Assembly: GCA_951406725.2 (NCBI GenBank)
Contig: OX597832.1
Coordinates: 25,172,001 to 25,236,000, forward strand
Origin: Octopus vulgaris
Lineage: Eukaryota
Direction of reading: 5' to 3'
Length of the DNA: 64,000 nt
A program made the translations under genes and the position numbers. Shown here in pieces: positions 27,649-39,074 of this stretch. How positions within the stretch are numbered: position 1 is the first letter of the stretch; each line of letters opens with the position of its first letter. Under the pieces are notes generated by a model. It saw nothing but the letters and a program-made list of their open reading frames with translations. It searched no databases and had not been told where the DNA came from.

Positions 27649-28573
27649 TGATAATAATTCTTTCTACAATAAGCATAAGGCCTGAAATTTGCTGGGAGAA
27701 ATTAAGTTGATTATATCGACCCCAGTACTCGACCGGTGCTTATTTTATGAAGCCCGAAAAGATAAAAGGCTAAGCGAACTTCGCCAGAATTTGAACTCGG
27801 GACGCAAAGACTGACGAAATGCTGCTAAGCAATTTCGAGCGTAGTGCCATTATAGTAAATATATACATTCTTTGTTTTTTTATGTAAGAAGAAATTAGGA
27901 TGATGTTGCATGAGGAATATATGAAGTAACCGATTCCAGTCACTCAAAGTAATTTAAAGTGCCAAGAGTTTTGAATCTCCAAAGAATATACAGCTACGCA
28001 ATCTTTACAATGAAAGGTCTATGTAGCTAAACAAGAATGAAATATATAGATCATGAGTTCTAATTTCGTCACGTGACTAGTAATTTTGAGAGAAGACCAG
28101 AAATCGATAGCTTTGCCCCAAGTACTTGATTGGTACTTTATTCTGTCGATCTACCAAAGACGAAGTGCTGAGGAATAAATAACAAATTTTGTGATGGTTA
28201 CCTTTGGGACATATCCTTCGATAGAGAGCATCGCCGAGGGTATTACCGGAGTAGTAGAAACCCTGAATAGATTTTACGGTAATTCTGAAAGGGAAATATA
28301 AAAAAAAACAATTTCAATTTAGGAAAAGAAGATAAGCAAAAAAAAAATTTTAAAGGGAAACCAAAAGAAAAGCAAAAAAAATTCAATTTAGAAAATAAAA
28401 TAGGCAAAAGAATTTTGTATAATTCAACTCATTTTATTTTAGGGTCGGTGTTTTTCTTGAGGTGGGTCAACAAAGAAGGTTCAAATTTTACGGACATCTC
28501 TATACATATAGACACACACACATATATCTATAAACATTCACACACATACATATATACATAATACATACATACA

Positions 28574-28617
<44 letters not shown>

Positions 28618-31600
28618 CGTGTGTAGAAGAGCATAGTAGTTTGCTTGAGGGATACAAGATACAGTAGAATAATCAATGAAAAAGGAAATGAAGGAAGTTT
28701 CTAGCAATGCAGAGATAAAGGTTCCTCAATATTCGTCTCTGCATTGTTACAAGATTTCCTCATTTCGTTTATTATTCCACACACACACACACACATTTAC
28801 AAGTGAGGAGACCCCCCCCCCACTTCTGTCATGAATGACCATGGGGTTGCATCTAGAAAGTTCCCCTCTTAGGTACAAGTCCGGGCAAGGTTGTTTTTAT
28901 GGAAGACCAGCAGTCGCCCCTGCATACCAGCCTCCCCTCTTCACACCACCAGTGTTATCCAAGGGAAAGTCAAAGGGGCCGATACAGCTTGGCACCAGTG
29001 ATGTCGCAACTCTTTTCTACAGGCTGAAACCGGACGTGGTTCCTCTTGATGATGTCTTGAGCTAATTGGGTCCTATAAAGAGCTGTTGTGGTAGCAGACC
29101 ACGAAACATGGTTGAAATTCCCACTAGATCAACGTGAAATAAAGTGTCTCGCTCAAAAACACAACACGCAGCCCGTTCCAGGAATCGAACTTGCAACCTT
29201 ACAATTGTAAACTCGACGCTCAAACCACTGAGCCATACGCCTTCACATTTACAAGTACGTATTTATATTTATATATGTATCTATGTATTTACGGATGGAT
29301 GGATGGGTGGATGGATGGATGGACGTGTTTTTCTACGTGCGTTTGTGTTTCTCCGCTCAACTGCTTGACAGCCGGTGCTTGTTTGTTTACATCCACACAA
29401 CTTAGCGGTTCGGGCAAACGAGACCAATAGAATACGTGTCAGAATTTAGGAAAAAATATAATTAATACTAGAGTCGATCTGTTTGACTAAAACCGTCAAG
29501 ACAATGCCCCAGCATGGTCGCTGTCCAGTGACTGAAACGAGCCAGAGATAAACGATATCCCCGACTGCAATATCTTACATGTAATCGGCCAGTACGCTAT
29601 CACTGATGAAATAAAAAAAAATATCTGCTGTATGGTCATGGCTAGGTTGTCTTCCATTAAACGTCTGTTCTGTCACAACTGACAAGGAACTAACCAACAA
29701 CATTTTTTTTAGTCCACGGGCATATAGCGTAATGGTTAAGAGCGCGGGCTACTAATCCCAAGATAGCGAGTTCAATTCCAGGCAGTGCCTTGAATAAATA
29801 ATAATAATAATAATAGTGACATCAACAAAATAATACCTTAGGAATGGGAACCCAGGGTTGGGTTCAAAATTCTACTAGGACACCCGATGAAGGCTGGAGA
29901 GTAAATCAGCCGAAACGTTGTGGTAACAACAAACAAGATGAGGACACATATCCGTCCAATGTAGAATTCAGTACATTATTTACATTATTTACATTTGACG
30001 GATATTTGTCCTCATCTTGTTTGTTGTTAACACAACGCTTCGGCTGATATACCCTCCAGCCTTCATCACGTGTCCTGGTAGAATTTTAAACCCAACCCTG
30101 GGTTCTCATTCCTAATGGTTTTAAAAAAAATAATAACACCAGCAAAAAAAAACCCAAAAACAATACCTTAGGAATGAGAACCCAGGGTTCGGTTTAAAAT
30201 TCTACCAGGACACCTGATGAAGGCTGAGGAGTAAATCAGCCGAAATGTTGTGTTAACAACAAACAAGATACGGACACATATCCGTCCAATGTAAATAATG
30301 TACAGAATTCCTCATCTCTAAAATATAGAACAACAACAATAACTGTAACAGCAACAGCAGCAGCAATATCAATTATAATATCTAACCTGATGGTTGCACA
30401 GGCACATCGAGGTGGGGTCCACTGGAACTGTACTTTGCGTAGAGATTTTTTACTTCCGAAGCTGACTACACTCAGACAACGGTCAGGTTGGTATAAATAG
30501 CCATCAGGTCGGACAGAGAACTTCCCGTTGCCACATTTTGGTTGGTCACTCTCAGTCGTGGCTAACAGGTCAGTTATTGTAGTACGACCACTGTAACTCT
30601 CGATGGTAACTGGAACAGAAATGAGGTGAATTAAGGTCACAGAAAAGGGCATGGTTTTTGCAAACAGTTTTTTTTTTTTTGCAGGATTATCATCATCACG
30701 TGGTGAAAGCTTTTCGGAAAATAAACATTTTTTGGCAAGAACAAAGATTTTTGATAGGCAAAATATTTTAACAAGATGAAAGATTTTAGCAGGGTCAACA
30801 GTTTGACCAGATCATCATTTTAGTAAGGACAAAATTATAGGAAGGTCAATGTTTTTAACAAGTTATTTTATAAATTTTAAAATTTAAATTCTTAGTAGAT
30901 TAAATTTTTTTAGCAGAGTCACTATTTTGACGAGGATACTCATACTCTTTTACTCGTTTCAGTCATTTGACTATGGCCAAGCTGGAGAACCTCCTATAGT
31001 CGAGCAAATCGACCCCGGAACTTATTCTTTGTAAGCCTAGTACTTATTCTATCGATCTCTTTGTAAGCAGAATTCGGTCGACCTGATCTCTTGTAAGTAG
31101 AATTTGGTCGACCCCAGGGAATACCGTTGATGGTCTTTTGTAATTGTTCACTTAACACCACCACCACCACCAGGCCTATCATAACTTATGTTGGAGTCAA
31201 CTCTGATGAAAGCATTTAGGTTGGCTCACTGGTTTGAGAATTTCTTTCTTCCCCTCACCATTCTTCGAAGCTTTCAATAAGGTAAAAAAAAACCCAGAAA
31301 AACAGCCCTTCTTCCTCTCAACTAAACGGGGATCTTAATGTATAGAAGATATTACTAACAGGAATTTCAAGCGCAAGCTACGCCTCGGAAACGTGGCCTA
31401 AAATCTGAGGATACCATTCAAGATAGTTCTGAAAATTCGGTTTTGTAATCTATTAAAAAACAAGTATCATTACTTCAATAGAGATCACTTAAATCTGTAC
31501 TAAATCTTGCTTGGCCTGTCCTGTATTATTAGAAGGTAATAAGTACTGCTTTACGACTGATCCATAGGGCCAGTTACCCTCAGTTTCGGTGGCGTATGTA

Positions 31601-33464
31601 TGACCGAGATCTCAACATGCCCCTCACCCTTGAACGGGACGCTCGCCTGTCGTAGGGTTACTCATTTACAACCGAGTGGACTGGAGCAACATGAAATGAA
31701 ATGTTTTGCTCAGGAACACCACGCATCGTCCGAGCCGGGAATCGAAACCACGGTCCTGCGATAGTGAACAGAACATCTTAACCACAAGAACTTGCACCTT
31801 CACTTAAAAAACAAACAAAAAAATAGGCTATTTCTGTAAGAAAATTCTATCAATACTTGATATACACCATTATCGAAGTCATAAGAACGAAGGTTCGGAT
31901 GTCGTCTGGCCGTGTATAATTCTTTCAAATTTTGGCAAAATGCCATCAATTTTGAAAGGGGGGGGGAGAAGTCGATTACACTGCCCCCCGTTTTCAACTA
32001 GTATCTATTAAATCGATTCCGAAAGAATGAAAAGCAAAGTCGATATCCGCGGAATTTGAGTCGGACGAAATGAAGCTTATCGTATTGTCCGACGTACTAA
32101 CGGTTCTGCCAGTTCGCCGCTTTATCTGGTCGCGTAATAAGAAAACAAAACCAACGACAACTTAACGCGCCAGACCTGGCAGTAAACCGCCTAAAATGTT
32201 GGATCTCTTCGATCCGTAAAGACACTGGGGTATCAAATGCAAAAGCGGCAAGTTGAGCATCCGATCAAAGACACTAACAATGGTCCAATGGCAGGAGATA
32301 GCGAGAGCCCGGGAGTTCGGCGAGGATTAAGCTGCTAACAAAATTTCAGAAGATATGACTGAAGTTACTGCAAGGCGGCGAGCTGGCAGAAACGTTACCA
32401 CACCGGGCGAAATGCTTAGCGGGTATTTCGTCTGTCTTTACGTTCTGAGTTCGAATTCCGCCGAGGTCGACTTTGCCTTTTATCCTTTCGAGGTCGATAA
32501 TTTAAGTACCAGTTGCGTACCGGGGTCGATCAACTCAACTGGCCCCATCCCTCAAAATTTCGGGCCTTGTGCGTAGAGTAGAAAAGAATCGTTAGCACGC
32601 CGATGAAAAAAATTGCTTAACAGATTTTCGTTCGTCTTTGGGTTCTGAGTTCAAATTCCACCGAGGTCGACTTTGCGTTTCTTCCTTTCGGGGTCGATAA
32701 ATTAAGTAACAGTTGCGTACCGGGTTCGATCAACTCAATTGGCCCCATCCCCCCAAAATTTCTGGCCTTGTGCGTAGAGTAGAAAAGAATCGTTAGCACG
32801 CCGATGAAAAAAATTGCTTATCAGCTTAACGTTCGTCTTTGGGATCTCAGTTCAAATTCCGCCGAGGTCGACTTTGCCTTTCTTCTTTTCAATGTCGATA
32901 AAATAAGTACCATTTGAGCACTCTAAGTCGATGTAATCGGCTTACCCCCGTCCCCGATATTGCTGTCTTTGTGCCAAAATGTGAAACGAATAAAGCGTTA
33001 CTTTCGACATTTCAAAAATTTTGTTAGTTTATAAACATTGAGAAGCCACCCACACACACAAAAACGAGAAACACCAAAACATTAGGCAAAGGTTTGTAAC
33101 TGGTTAAAATCAATATATAATATGAACTAGATATATAATTACATGTATAGCTTTGTCCAACTTCGTAACCATTTTTGGCGCCAGCAACCCGCAGCCAAAA
33201 CACTGGATCACCGTTGTGATTTTGGTTCTTTCTTTCTTCCTGGCTGTTGAGTTGCCAACTTTTGGGACAAGGTTTGGCAGCAAATGACTGCTTTGCTGAA
33301 GAATTAGACGTTGAGAATGGAAATATTAAAAATCGATAGATACATGAAAGGTTATTTAGTTTTAAGTTTACAGACAGATGCATAACGAAGTAAGATTGAT
33401 GGTTAGCAAGGTAAATGGTTGGATAGTTAAACAAAACAACAGATATGAAATATAGAGAAGAGAG

Positions 33465-33502
<38 letters not shown>

Positions 33503-33551
33503 GGAGATAAATAGGTCATCAATGTGTTTTATGATATATGTACTTATGTAT

Positions 33552-33585
<34 letters not shown>

Positions 33586-33749
33586 GTGTGCAGATACACA
33601 GAAAATTCTGAAAAACAAAATAACTTGATATCAATTACATAGAAAATATAACACAGACAGAAACAGATCTAATATATACAATACAAACATACATAAACAT
33701 ACCTAACATACGTATACAGATATATGCACATGTATATGGGTATATGTAA

Positions 33750-33797
<48 letters not shown>

Positions 33798-33825
33798 GCA
33801 TTCACATACAGAGAGATAGATAGTG

Positions 33826-33906
<81 letters not shown>

Positions 33907-33934
33907 AATGAAAGAAATAATATAGATATATATG

Positions 33935-34030
<96 letters not shown>

Positions 34031-34055
34031 CGCACTCACCTACAGATAGATGGAC

Positions 34056-34103
<48 letters not shown>

Positions 34104-34222
34104 GGATTGAGAGATCAATGAAAGAAAAAATATAGATACATACCAGCCAATATTAACACCAGCAGGATGAAGGAATCGATCATGTGACCGGAATATCGTC
34201 TTAGAAGAGCTGCTGCCAACAT
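16321..34222 (-). CDS. Multi-exon gene (11 coding exons, ~738 aa): secreted Reeler-domain protein with ECM1/albumin-like cysteine-doublet module, anaphylatoxin-like domain and charged low-complexity C-terminus
   Basis: Hand-assembled exons 34222-34144, 33295-33143, 30609-30387, 28284-28202, 27521-27457, 27027-26842, 26052-25905, 23351-23218, 19840-19606, 18735-18543, 17038-16321. All introns are GT..AG with pyrimidine-rich acceptors. Intron phases 1,1,2,1,0,0,1,0,1,2 join into one stop-free 2217-nt frame. Confidence 0.88.
17250..17895 (-). mobile_element. Three tandem SINE family B copies in the last intron
   Basis: Repeated GGATGAAAGGCAAAGTCGACC...GGAATTTGAACTCAGAAC blocks. Confidence 0.85.
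18095..18415 (-). mobile_element. tRNA-derived SINE family C
   Basis: Pol III-like head at the right end (minus strand AGTGGTTAGAGC...GAGTTCAATTCC); related copy at 28805-29243. Confidence 0.75.
18543..18735 (-). CDS. Coding exon 10: anaphylatoxin-like (ANATO) domain (FCCTEG...FC...CSKAFLNCC)
   Basis: ttttacag| acceptor, AG|gtagga donor, 193 nt, phase 1-2. Six-cysteine CC..G / C / C...F..CC pattern as in C3a/C5a and fibulin N-terminal modules. Confidence 0.85.
19606..19840 (-). CDS. Coding exon 9: hydrophilic linker ([10 protein letters not shown]...PLVSKRLK)
   Basis: gcatttag| acceptor, G|gtacgg donor, 235 nt, phase 0-1, open frame. Confidence 0.78.
20085..20330. repeat. Interspersed repeat; second copy in opposite orientation at 44205-44415
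   Basis: Shared blocks AAATTTCACCTAGTAG, CCACATACCGAAA, GAAATAGCAGCCAAA, CTACAAAAATATGTCTCCA; both copies abut (TA)n. Confidence 0.8.
21028..21237. mobile_element. Short pogo/Tigger-like MITE
   Basis: Inverted ends TAATCCCTCG...CGAGGGATTA. Confidence 0.55.
21350..21560 (-). mobile_element. SINE family B, diverged
   Basis: GGCAAAGTCGACCTCG..GGAATTTGAACTCAGAAC. Confidence 0.75.
23218..23351 (-). CDS. Coding exon 8 ([11 protein letters not shown]...YYQTNPLAN)
   Basis: ttcttttag| acceptor, |gtaagt donor, 134 nt, phase 1-0. Completes the CC-X9-CF motif across the junction. Confidence 0.85.
24191..25329. mobile_element. Non-autonomous DNA element with ~100-bp imperfect terminal inverted repeats
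   Basis: CCTACGTTTTAGATGTCGGAGATTACGAATATGCAAA (near 24255-24290) versus TTTGCATATTCGTAATCTCCAACATCTAAAACGTAGG (near 25231-25267). Confidence 0.7.
24838..25115. repeat. Inverted pair (~130-bp arms) of a Penelope-type repeat carrying hammerhead-like motifs
   Basis: Arms are reverse complements around 24970-24978. The minus-strand copy reads UUGAAAA-G-GUUGC..GCAAC-GAAA-AUUUU; the plus-strand copy has CUGAAAA and a GUUGU/GCAAC stem. Confidence 0.7.
25615..25845 (+). mobile_element. SINE family B, near full length
   Basis: GAGCTGGCAGAATCGTTAGC head to CAATAAAGAAATAAGAAA tail. Confidence 0.88.
25905..26052 (-). CDS. Coding exon 7: cysteine-doublet module ([24 protein letters not shown]...RQETCCYEL)
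   Basis: aaccacag| acceptor, G|gtaaga donor, 148 nt, phase 0-1. Confidence 0.85.
26842..27027 (-). CDS. Coding exon 6 ([11 protein letters not shown]...[14 protein letters not shown])
   Basis: ctctttgcag| acceptor, ACG|gtaaga donor, 186 nt, phase 0-0. Confidence 0.85.
27457..27521 (-). CDS. Coding exon 5: linker ([22 protein letters not shown])
   Basis: gatttcag| acceptor, ATG|gtaaga donor, 65 nt, phase 1-0. Confidence 0.8.
27660..27835 (-). mobile_element. SINE family B, diverged, with (AAT)n tail
   Basis: Similarity to other family B copies. Confidence 0.7.
28202..28284 (-). CDS. Coding exon 4: end of Reeler domain ([28 protein letters not shown])
   Basis: ccctttcag| acceptor, G|gtaacc donor, 83 nt, phase 2-1. 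Ends L...IC like the spondin reeler C-terminus. Confidence 0.85.
28805..29243 (-). mobile_element. SINE family C, diverged or interrupted
   Basis: Shares TCATGAATGACCATGGG...GGAAGACCAGCAGTC...GGGGCCGATACAG with 18095-18415. Confidence 0.75.
29718..30330 (+). mobile_element. tRNA-headed element carrying three (+/-/+) Penelope-type repeats with minimal hammerhead ribozyme motifs
   Basis: A box TAGCGTAATGG (29725-29735), B box GAGTTCAATTCC (29768-29779); repeat units ~29833-29963(+), 29972-30118(-), 30162-30330(+). Confidence 0.75.
30209..30254 (+). ncRNA. Minimal type-I hammerhead ribozyme motif (best-preserved of three copies)
   Basis: GACAC-CUGAUGA-A-GGCUG(loop)CAGCC-GAAA-UG-UU-GUGUU: core boxes, 5-bp stem II, stem I GACAC/GUGUU; activity untested. 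Confidence 0.6.
30387..30609 (-). CDS. Coding exon 3: Reeler domain core (TIESYSG...GKF...C...[16 protein letters not shown])
   Basis: ttccag| acceptor, AG|gttaga donor, 223 nt, phase 1-2. The V.F.WT.P..C motif is typical of Reeler domains. Confidence 0.88.
31545..31800 (-). mobile_element. tRNA-derived SINE related to family C
   Basis: GGAATCGAAACC (B box on minus strand) and the CTGGAGCAAC.TGAAATGAA domain shared with 18095-18415. Confidence 0.6.
31921..32122 (-). mobile_element. SINE family B, diverged
   Basis: Similarity to other family B copies. Confidence 0.7.
32372..32990 (+). mobile_element. SINE family B trimer (period ~201 bp)
   Basis: Identical tail-to-head junctions GAGTAGAAAAGAAT|CGTTAGCACGCC at ~32589 and ~32790. 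Confidence 0.88.
33143..33295 (-). CDS. Coding exon 2: end of signal peptide and start of Reeler domain ([10 protein letters not shown]...[23 protein letters not shown])
   Basis: ttcttcag| acceptor, |gtaatt donor, 153 nt, phase 1-1. Resembles the F-spondin reeler start (GD..F.I.V.G....Y.PG..Y). Confidence 0.85.
34144..34222 (-). CDS. Coding exon 1: start codon and signal peptide ([26 protein letters not shown])
   Basis: ATG at 34222; hydrophobic core FILLVLILA; donor G|GTATGT (phase 1) matches exon 2. An upstream acceptor (ttcag|, exon start 34254) implies an earlier non-coding exon. Confidence 0.75.
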
Positions 34223-34261
34223 CAATACGGTTCAGATACCACTTTTCTATATACCTGAATG

Positions 34262-34294
<33 letters not shown>

Positions 34295-34779
34295 GGTGTG
34301 AGTATATATATATGTGTGTGTGTGTGTGTGTTTATATATACTGCGGGGTCTAAAAAGCTAGACACGCGAACAACAGGTCACTGTGAGCTTCTGTGTCTCA
34401 TTTAAGACCCTTCTCTATATTTATAGGGAATTCTGTAAGGGGAGCGGGGTATGTGATGTGTGGGGTGGCGTAAAGGTAGCTGGGTTTGGTTGTGGTGGCG
34501 GTGGTGGTGGTGGTGGTGGTTGTGATGGGTTGTAGGCAGGTAAGTGGGTGCTGGTACGTGAAAGGTAAGAACCCGACCAACCCCTATATCTCGGCTCTAT
34601 CTCCCTATTTTGTTTCTTTCTTCTTTATTTTTTTGTTTTTCAGCTGTTATAGTAAGAAGTACCCACCGTTAGCAGCACCGACACCACCACCACCACCGTC
34701 AACATATACCTCTTCTGTAAATACCCCACCCAGCACCAAACCGCACTGCATGGCACTGCGCCGTCGCTTGCGTATAACG

Positions 34780-35250
34780 ACCCCATCACCACCACCGTCG
34801 CCACCACCACCACCGCTACCACCACCACCACCACCACCACCACCACCACCACCACCACCGATACCATCACCACCAACACCACCACCATCACCACCACCAC
34901 CGATACCATCATCACCACCACCACCACCACCACCACCGATACCATCACCACCAACACCACCACCATCACCACCACCACCACCACCGATACCATCATCACC
35001 ACCACCACCACCACCACCACCGATGCCATCACCACCAACAACACACCACCACCACCGCCACCGATACCATCATCATTACCACCACCACCACCACCTCCAC
35101 CACCGATACCATCATCATCACCACCACCACCGATACCATCACCACCACACCACCACCACCACCACCACCGATACCATCATCATCACCACCACCACCACCA
35201 CCACCACCACCACCACCACCACCACCACCACCACCACCACCACCACCGTT
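34780..35250 (+). repeat. (CCA)n compound microsatellite with a recurring CCGATACCATCA variant unit
   Basis: Direct reading. Confidence 0.9.
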
Positions 35251-35536
35251 GTCACTACTGTAATAACATCCTTCTCGCCCTCATCGCCATCGCCCTAGCC
35301 ATATTCATCCGTGTTGTTTTCGTCGCCAACATACCCACCACCTCCACTACAATAGTACAATAGTACAACAAACACCTCAAAAACCGAGATAGTCACGTCT
35401 AGAATGTCTTTAATTATTGGTGTTCCCATTCTGGGCTGCCTATGGTTAAACAATGCCAAAGCCTCTCTCTCCCTCTCTCTCTTTCTTTTATCATATTCTC
35501 TAGCGAAGGTCACTGGCCTCTATAAGTTTGATAGGC

Positions 35537-35584
<48 letters not shown>

Positions 35585-35767
35585 GTAGGAAATAAAAGAT
35601 AAGAGAAAAAGAGGGGGAGATTAAAGAGCGGGATGTGTTAGAATGGTGTTTGAAAGACAGACAGACAGACAGACAGACAGACAGTTAGGTACACGTGAGT
35701 CCGCACTCGTGCAAACATACCTTTACAGGGAAGGCGAAAACAAGAAAAAACAATATCTATCTATCTA

Positions 35768-35800
<33 letters not shown>

Positions 35801-35860
35801 ACAAATCTATTGATTTCTCTGTCACTCTCTCTACACACACACACACATATATATATATAT

Positions 35861-35927
<67 letters not shown>

Positions 35928-35928
35928 C

Positions 35929-36590
<662 letters not shown>

Positions 36591-36879
36591 ATATATACAT
36601 ATATATATATATGTATATATATATACATATAGATATGTGTATGTTATATATTATATGAATAGTATAACAATATATCTATGCAGCTATAAATATCTATAAC
36701 GTCGTAGTATCGAATACGATATAGATGTATACAGTCAACTATTTATATATGTGTCCATGGCCTGGACCAATCGTTGGTCGAAACCGCGGTCCTACGACTG
36801 CGATTCCGCTGTCCTAACCACTGGGCCATTGCGCCTCGACATGAATGAATGCATACATACACACACACACACACATTCT

Positions 36880-37310
36880 TTTATTCTTTCATTTGTTTCT
36901 GTCGTTTGATTGTGGCCATGCTGGGGCACAGCCTTGAGGGTTTAGTCGGACGATTCGATCCCAGTATTAATTGTTTTTTAAAAAACGTACATTGAACCCC
37001 CACTCTTTTGCTGAACCGCTAATTCATGTCGAAGTAAACGAATCAATCGTTCATCAAGCGGTGGTGGGGGACAAACACAAGAACACCCGATCATAAATAC
37101 ATATATGCGCATTCGCACGTGTGCACACACAGACACACAAACGCACGCGCAGACACAAGATGAGCGTTTTTCAGTTTCCGTCAACCAACTCACTCCAAGG
37201 CTCTGGATGTCCTGAAGCTATAGCAGAAGATACCTACCCATGGTGCCGCGCAGTGGGACTGAACCCGGAACCATGTGGTTGGGAAGCAAGCATCTTACCA
37301 CGCAGCCATG
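36880..37310 (-). mobile_element. SINE family A, diverged
   Basis: CAGTGGGACTGAACCCGGAACCATGTGGTTGG head; GGCCATGCTGG tail. Confidence 0.75.
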
Positions 37311-37319
37311 CTGTTATAT

Positions 37320-37351
<32 letters not shown>

Positions 37352-37465
37352 GAACTAATACGTATGTATGTATGGTGAGGTAGACAATGTGAGAGGAATA
37401 GAGGAAAAGAAATGAATATAAAGCAGTAAAAGGGTGGAGAGAGAGAGAGAGATTCAGACAGAGAA

Positions 37466-37530
<65 letters not shown>

Positions 37531-37586
37531 GAAAGAGACTAAGAAAGAGAGACAGTGAAACAGAGATAAGAGACACAGACAGACAA

Positions 37587-37619
<33 letters not shown>

Positions 37620-37847
37620 AATAGAGACAGACAGACAGAGAAAGAGACAGAGAAAGAGAGACAGTGAGACAGAGATAGAGAGACACAGGCAGACAAAGAG
37701 ACAGAAAAAGAGAGAGAGAGAGAAATAGAGACAGACAGACAGAGAAAGAGAGAGAGATAGGTAGATAGACAGACAGACAGACAGAGAAGATAGACAGACA
37801 TACAGACAGATAGATAGATAGTTAGTTAGATAGATAGATAGATAGAT

Positions 37848-37884
<37 letters not shown>

Positions 37885-37885
37885 G

Positions 37886-37940
<55 letters not shown>

Positions 37941-39074
37941 AGGAAAGAAAGAAAGAAAGGAAGGAAGGAAGAAAAGAAAGAAGGAAGGAAAAGGAAAGAA
38001 AGGAAAAAAAAGATAGATCGATAGACAGCGAAAGAGGTGTCGGGTGCCAGGACTTAAGGGTGCATTGAAAATGAAACGTAGTGTGCATATGTGTGTGTTT
38101 ACGATACGTATAAGAATACGGGTGAATTACGGGTGAATAAGGTGTGTGTGGCATGCATGCTTGTATGTATGCATATATGTATGTTTGCATGCGTGTTTCA
38201 GTGTGTGTGCGTGTACTGTGCATGAATGTGTGTGCTTATGTAATATGCATGTGTGTGTGTGTGGACATGCGTGTGTCTATAAGTATCACACGTGTGTTCC
38301 TGTCACGTGTGCACGTGATTGCCTTGTTGAATAAGGCTGAGTATGTGTGTTGGTGTGTGTGTGTGAATGTGTGTGTGTGTGTGCGAGTGTATAAAGTGCG
38401 CACGTGAACGTGTGTACACGTGTGCTCGTGTCCACGTGATTGCGTGCTCGTGTCTGTGTACGCATAGCTGCGTGCGCATGCGTGCTTACGTGTGTAAGAA
38501 TGTGTGTGCGTCGTTGTGTGTGTGTGAGTGTGTGTGTGTGTATCTTTGTAAGTGTTCATGCTGCGTATATATAGTGTGTATATTGCGTGTGGTGATGTGT
38601 GTTCGTGTGAGAATGTGTCTGCGTGTGTTTGTGTATGTGTGCGTTCAAGTGTGTGTGAGGGTGCGTGCGTATGTTTAAGTGTATGTGTGTGTGTGTGTGT
38701 GTGTGTGGTAAGAGTGGGAGGTAAGTAAGGGCTGAAGGAGCAGCAGGCATGCAGAAGTCCAATACAATAGTGAAGGCATGAATTAGTCACGTGCATAGGC
38801 TGACATTGCATGAGTGAAGCACCCGGTGTGACAGAGGTCCACCCCGAAGTGAAGCACCGAGTGCAGAGGGAGTAGATGGGTGGGTGGGTGGGAGTTTGTA
38901 GCAGCAGTAGAAGAAGGAGAAGAATGAAGAAGAAGAAGAAAAAGAAAAAGAAGAAGAAGAAGAAGAAGAAGAAGAAGAAGAAGAAGAAGAAGAAGAAGAA
39001 GAAGAAGAAGAAGAAGAAGAAGAAGAAGAAGAAGATGGAGGAGTTTGAAACAAAAGCGGCAACAACAATAATAA

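Noticed and set aside
29718-29790. tRNA gene (apparent ACT anticodon); similar heads at 11187 and 58030-58100
   Set aside because: The anticodon stem pairs poorly, and the heads run into repeat bodies; these are SINE heads.
16321-34222. Naming the gene spondin-1/F-spondin, reelin, fibulin or ECM1
   Set aside because: Only single modules resemble each; no Spondin_N/TSP1, reelin repeats or cbEGF arrays are present.
34486-35298. 270-aa proline/histidine/threonine-rich extensin- or formin-like ORF
   Set aside because: A (CCA)n microsatellite is stop-free by construction and drifts between P, H and T frames; it is antisense to the gene and has no ATG start or clear splice support.
38700-38880. 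Signal-peptide-like minus-strand reading MPSLLYWTSACLLLLQPLL
   Set aside because: No splice donor before it runs into (CA)n; exon 34222-34144 supplies a better, phase-matched signal peptide.
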